DNA of 64,000 nucleotides from an uncultured Eubacteriales bacterium (lineage in GTDB: Bacteria; Bacillota; Clostridia; Oscillospirales; CAG-382): contig CAKSCV010000004.1 of NCBI GenBank assembly GCA_934444645.1, forward strand, positions 59,209 to 123,208. Direction: 5' to 3'. Under the pieces are notes generated by a model. That model saw only the letters and a program-made list of their open reading frames with translations, was not told the DNA's origin and ran no database searches. Positions 62,947-64,000 of this stretch are shown one piece after another; within the stretch, counting starts at the first letter, position 1; the number at the start of each line of letters is the position of its first letter. The translations under genes were made by a program, and so were the position numbers.

Positions 62947-64000
62947 ATGTTTCTATCCAAAAGAGCTATCATCGGCGTAATCCTTGCCGGAGCGCTTGCC
63001 GTATCGGCGTCGGCCGCGTTTGTGAAAACCGGCTCATACACCGAAGGGCAGTTCACCGACGTGCCGGCAACCGAATGGTACGCATCCGAAGTGGCAAGCG
63101 CCTTCGAGCTCGGCCTCATGAACGGCACGGGCGGCGGTCTTTTCGCACCTGAAGGCGATGTGACCGTAGCCGAGGCCATCACCATGGCAAGCCGCGCGGC
63201 AGCCACCAACGCCGGTGAAACCATCGACACGTCCGCCGGCGGCGAATGGTACACGCCGTATGTCAACTACGCCGTGTCCAAAGGCTTTGTGGCGCAAGGC
63301 CAGTTCGACAGTTTCGACCGCCCGGCAAAACGCTATGAAGTGGCTGTCATTTTCGAAAAGGCCATGCCGGAAGGGTACTTCACCGCACAAAACAGTGTTG
63401 ACGCCATTCCGGACGTTTCCACAAAGCAGGCCTACGAAAAAGAACTGCTCACGCTGTACAAGGCCGGTGTTGTCATGGGAAGCGACTCCTACGGCAACTT
63501 CCGTCCCGAAGACAATATAACACGTGCCGAAGCTGCCGCCATTATCAACCGTGTGGCGTTGCCGGAAAACAGATTAAAAAAGACGCTTGACAAAATCTCG
63601 ACCGACGACGCGTACATGTTAGTTATCACCGACCAGTTCAACAATACCCTCGAAGGTCTTAACTCCGGTTGGGTGCTCGATAACCGTGGCGGCTCGCCGC
63701 GCACCTCGATAACAGCCTCCTACGGCTCGCTTGTGGATATCTCCGCCGAAGCCGGCATGGCCTATATTCGCGAATTCAACAAAACCACTACCGGCACACT
63801 TCGGTTAACGACCTCGCTTTCGGCAAACGGCAGCAAAGACGGAATTTATCTGGAATACCGTAACGATGAGGATAACCCTGTTTACCGCCTCGAAACCATC
63901 GACGGAAGCTGGAAGCTCTTAGGGGCGGACGGCTCTTATACCGCGCTTTATGAAATTGGTGCGGACGAGAAAAAATTCTCTTTTATTATTGATATTGACC
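62947..64000 (+). CDS. SLH domain cell-wall protein, paralog of 1370-6040 (N-terminal part; continues beyond the window end)
   Basis: Absent from the ORF track because there is no stop codon in the window. The ATG at 62947 follows AAAAGGAGG. Signal peptide MFLSKRAIIGVILAGALAVSASA. The whole visible 351 aa aligns collinearly with residues of the first SLH protein (FTDVPATEWYASEVASAFELGLMNGTG ... NSGWVLDNRG ... YRLETIDGSWKLL). Confidence 0.85.
   Translation, partial: MFLSKRAIIGVILAGALAVSASAAFVKTGSYTEGQFTDVPATEWYASEVASAFELGLMNGTGGGLFAPEGDVTVAEAITMASRAAATNAGETIDTSAGGEWYTPYVNYAVSKGFVAQGQFDSFDRPAKRYEVAVIFEKAMPEGYFTAQNSVDAIPDVSTKQAYEKELLTLYKAGVVMGSDSYGNFRPEDNITRAEAAAIINRVALPENRLKKTLDKISTDDAYMLVITDQFNNTLEGLNSGWVLDNRGGSPRTSITASYGSLVDISAEAGMAYIREFNKTTTGTLRLTTSLSANGSKDGIYLEYRNDEDNPVYRLETIDGSWKLLGADGSYTALYEIGADEKKFSFIIDID

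Noticed and set aside
1-64000. Mobile elements, prophage, defence systems (RM, TA, CRISPR-Cas, retrons, DGR) and rRNA/tRNA genes.
   Set aside because: Reading all sizeable ORFs on both strands turned up no transposase, integrase, recombinase, reverse transcriptase, nuclease/helicase defence pair, toxin-antitoxin-sized pair or cloverleaf/rRNA signature. The only compositional break is the short AT-rich stretch at about 58.0-58.3 kb.

Overview
A 64-kb chromosomal segment from a moderately GC-rich Gram-positive anaerobe. Gene content, SLH and InlB-B-repeat surface proteins, PurO and a single-chain PurL suggest Clostridia, possibly Oscillospiraceae/Ruminococcaceae-like; that placement is inference only. 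I call about 55 protein genes. No rRNA, tRNA, CRISPR array, transposase, integrase or phage gene was seen. The largest block is an 11-gene, roughly 14-kb minus-strand operon (purE-purC-purF-purM-FNT channel-purN-purO-purH-purD-purL-fhs, 23870 down to 10020). It is preceded by a consensus sigma-A promoter and by what reads as a ZTP (pfl-motif) riboswitch with a terminator expression platform. A housekeeping block follows: rplI-dnaB-tilS-ftsH-pdxK, rbr, scpB, maa, rsmI, a radical SAM gene, an ABC/GldG/DUF4340 module and rarA. Accessory-looking regions are: (i) two AraC-linked modules at the two ends of the window, each with a paralogous giant SLH/GH99-like wall protein plus an oxidoreductase; (ii) a DeoR / glycerol-1-phosphate-dehydrogenase-like / 2x TIM-barrel isomerase cluster; (iii) secreted beta-helix and CBM-like proteins; (iv) a membrane protein with twelve PNYQ hexapeptide repeats; (v) a REC-HD-GYP-PAS-Cys-rich-GGDEF signalling protein. 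Two non-coding stretches look like unannotated RNA elements: 51.8-52.1 kb, and the leader at 57.75-58.0 kb. All family assignments rest on motifs read from the translations and on remembered consensus sequences; no database search was run. I found no clear, self-contained novel multi-gene system.
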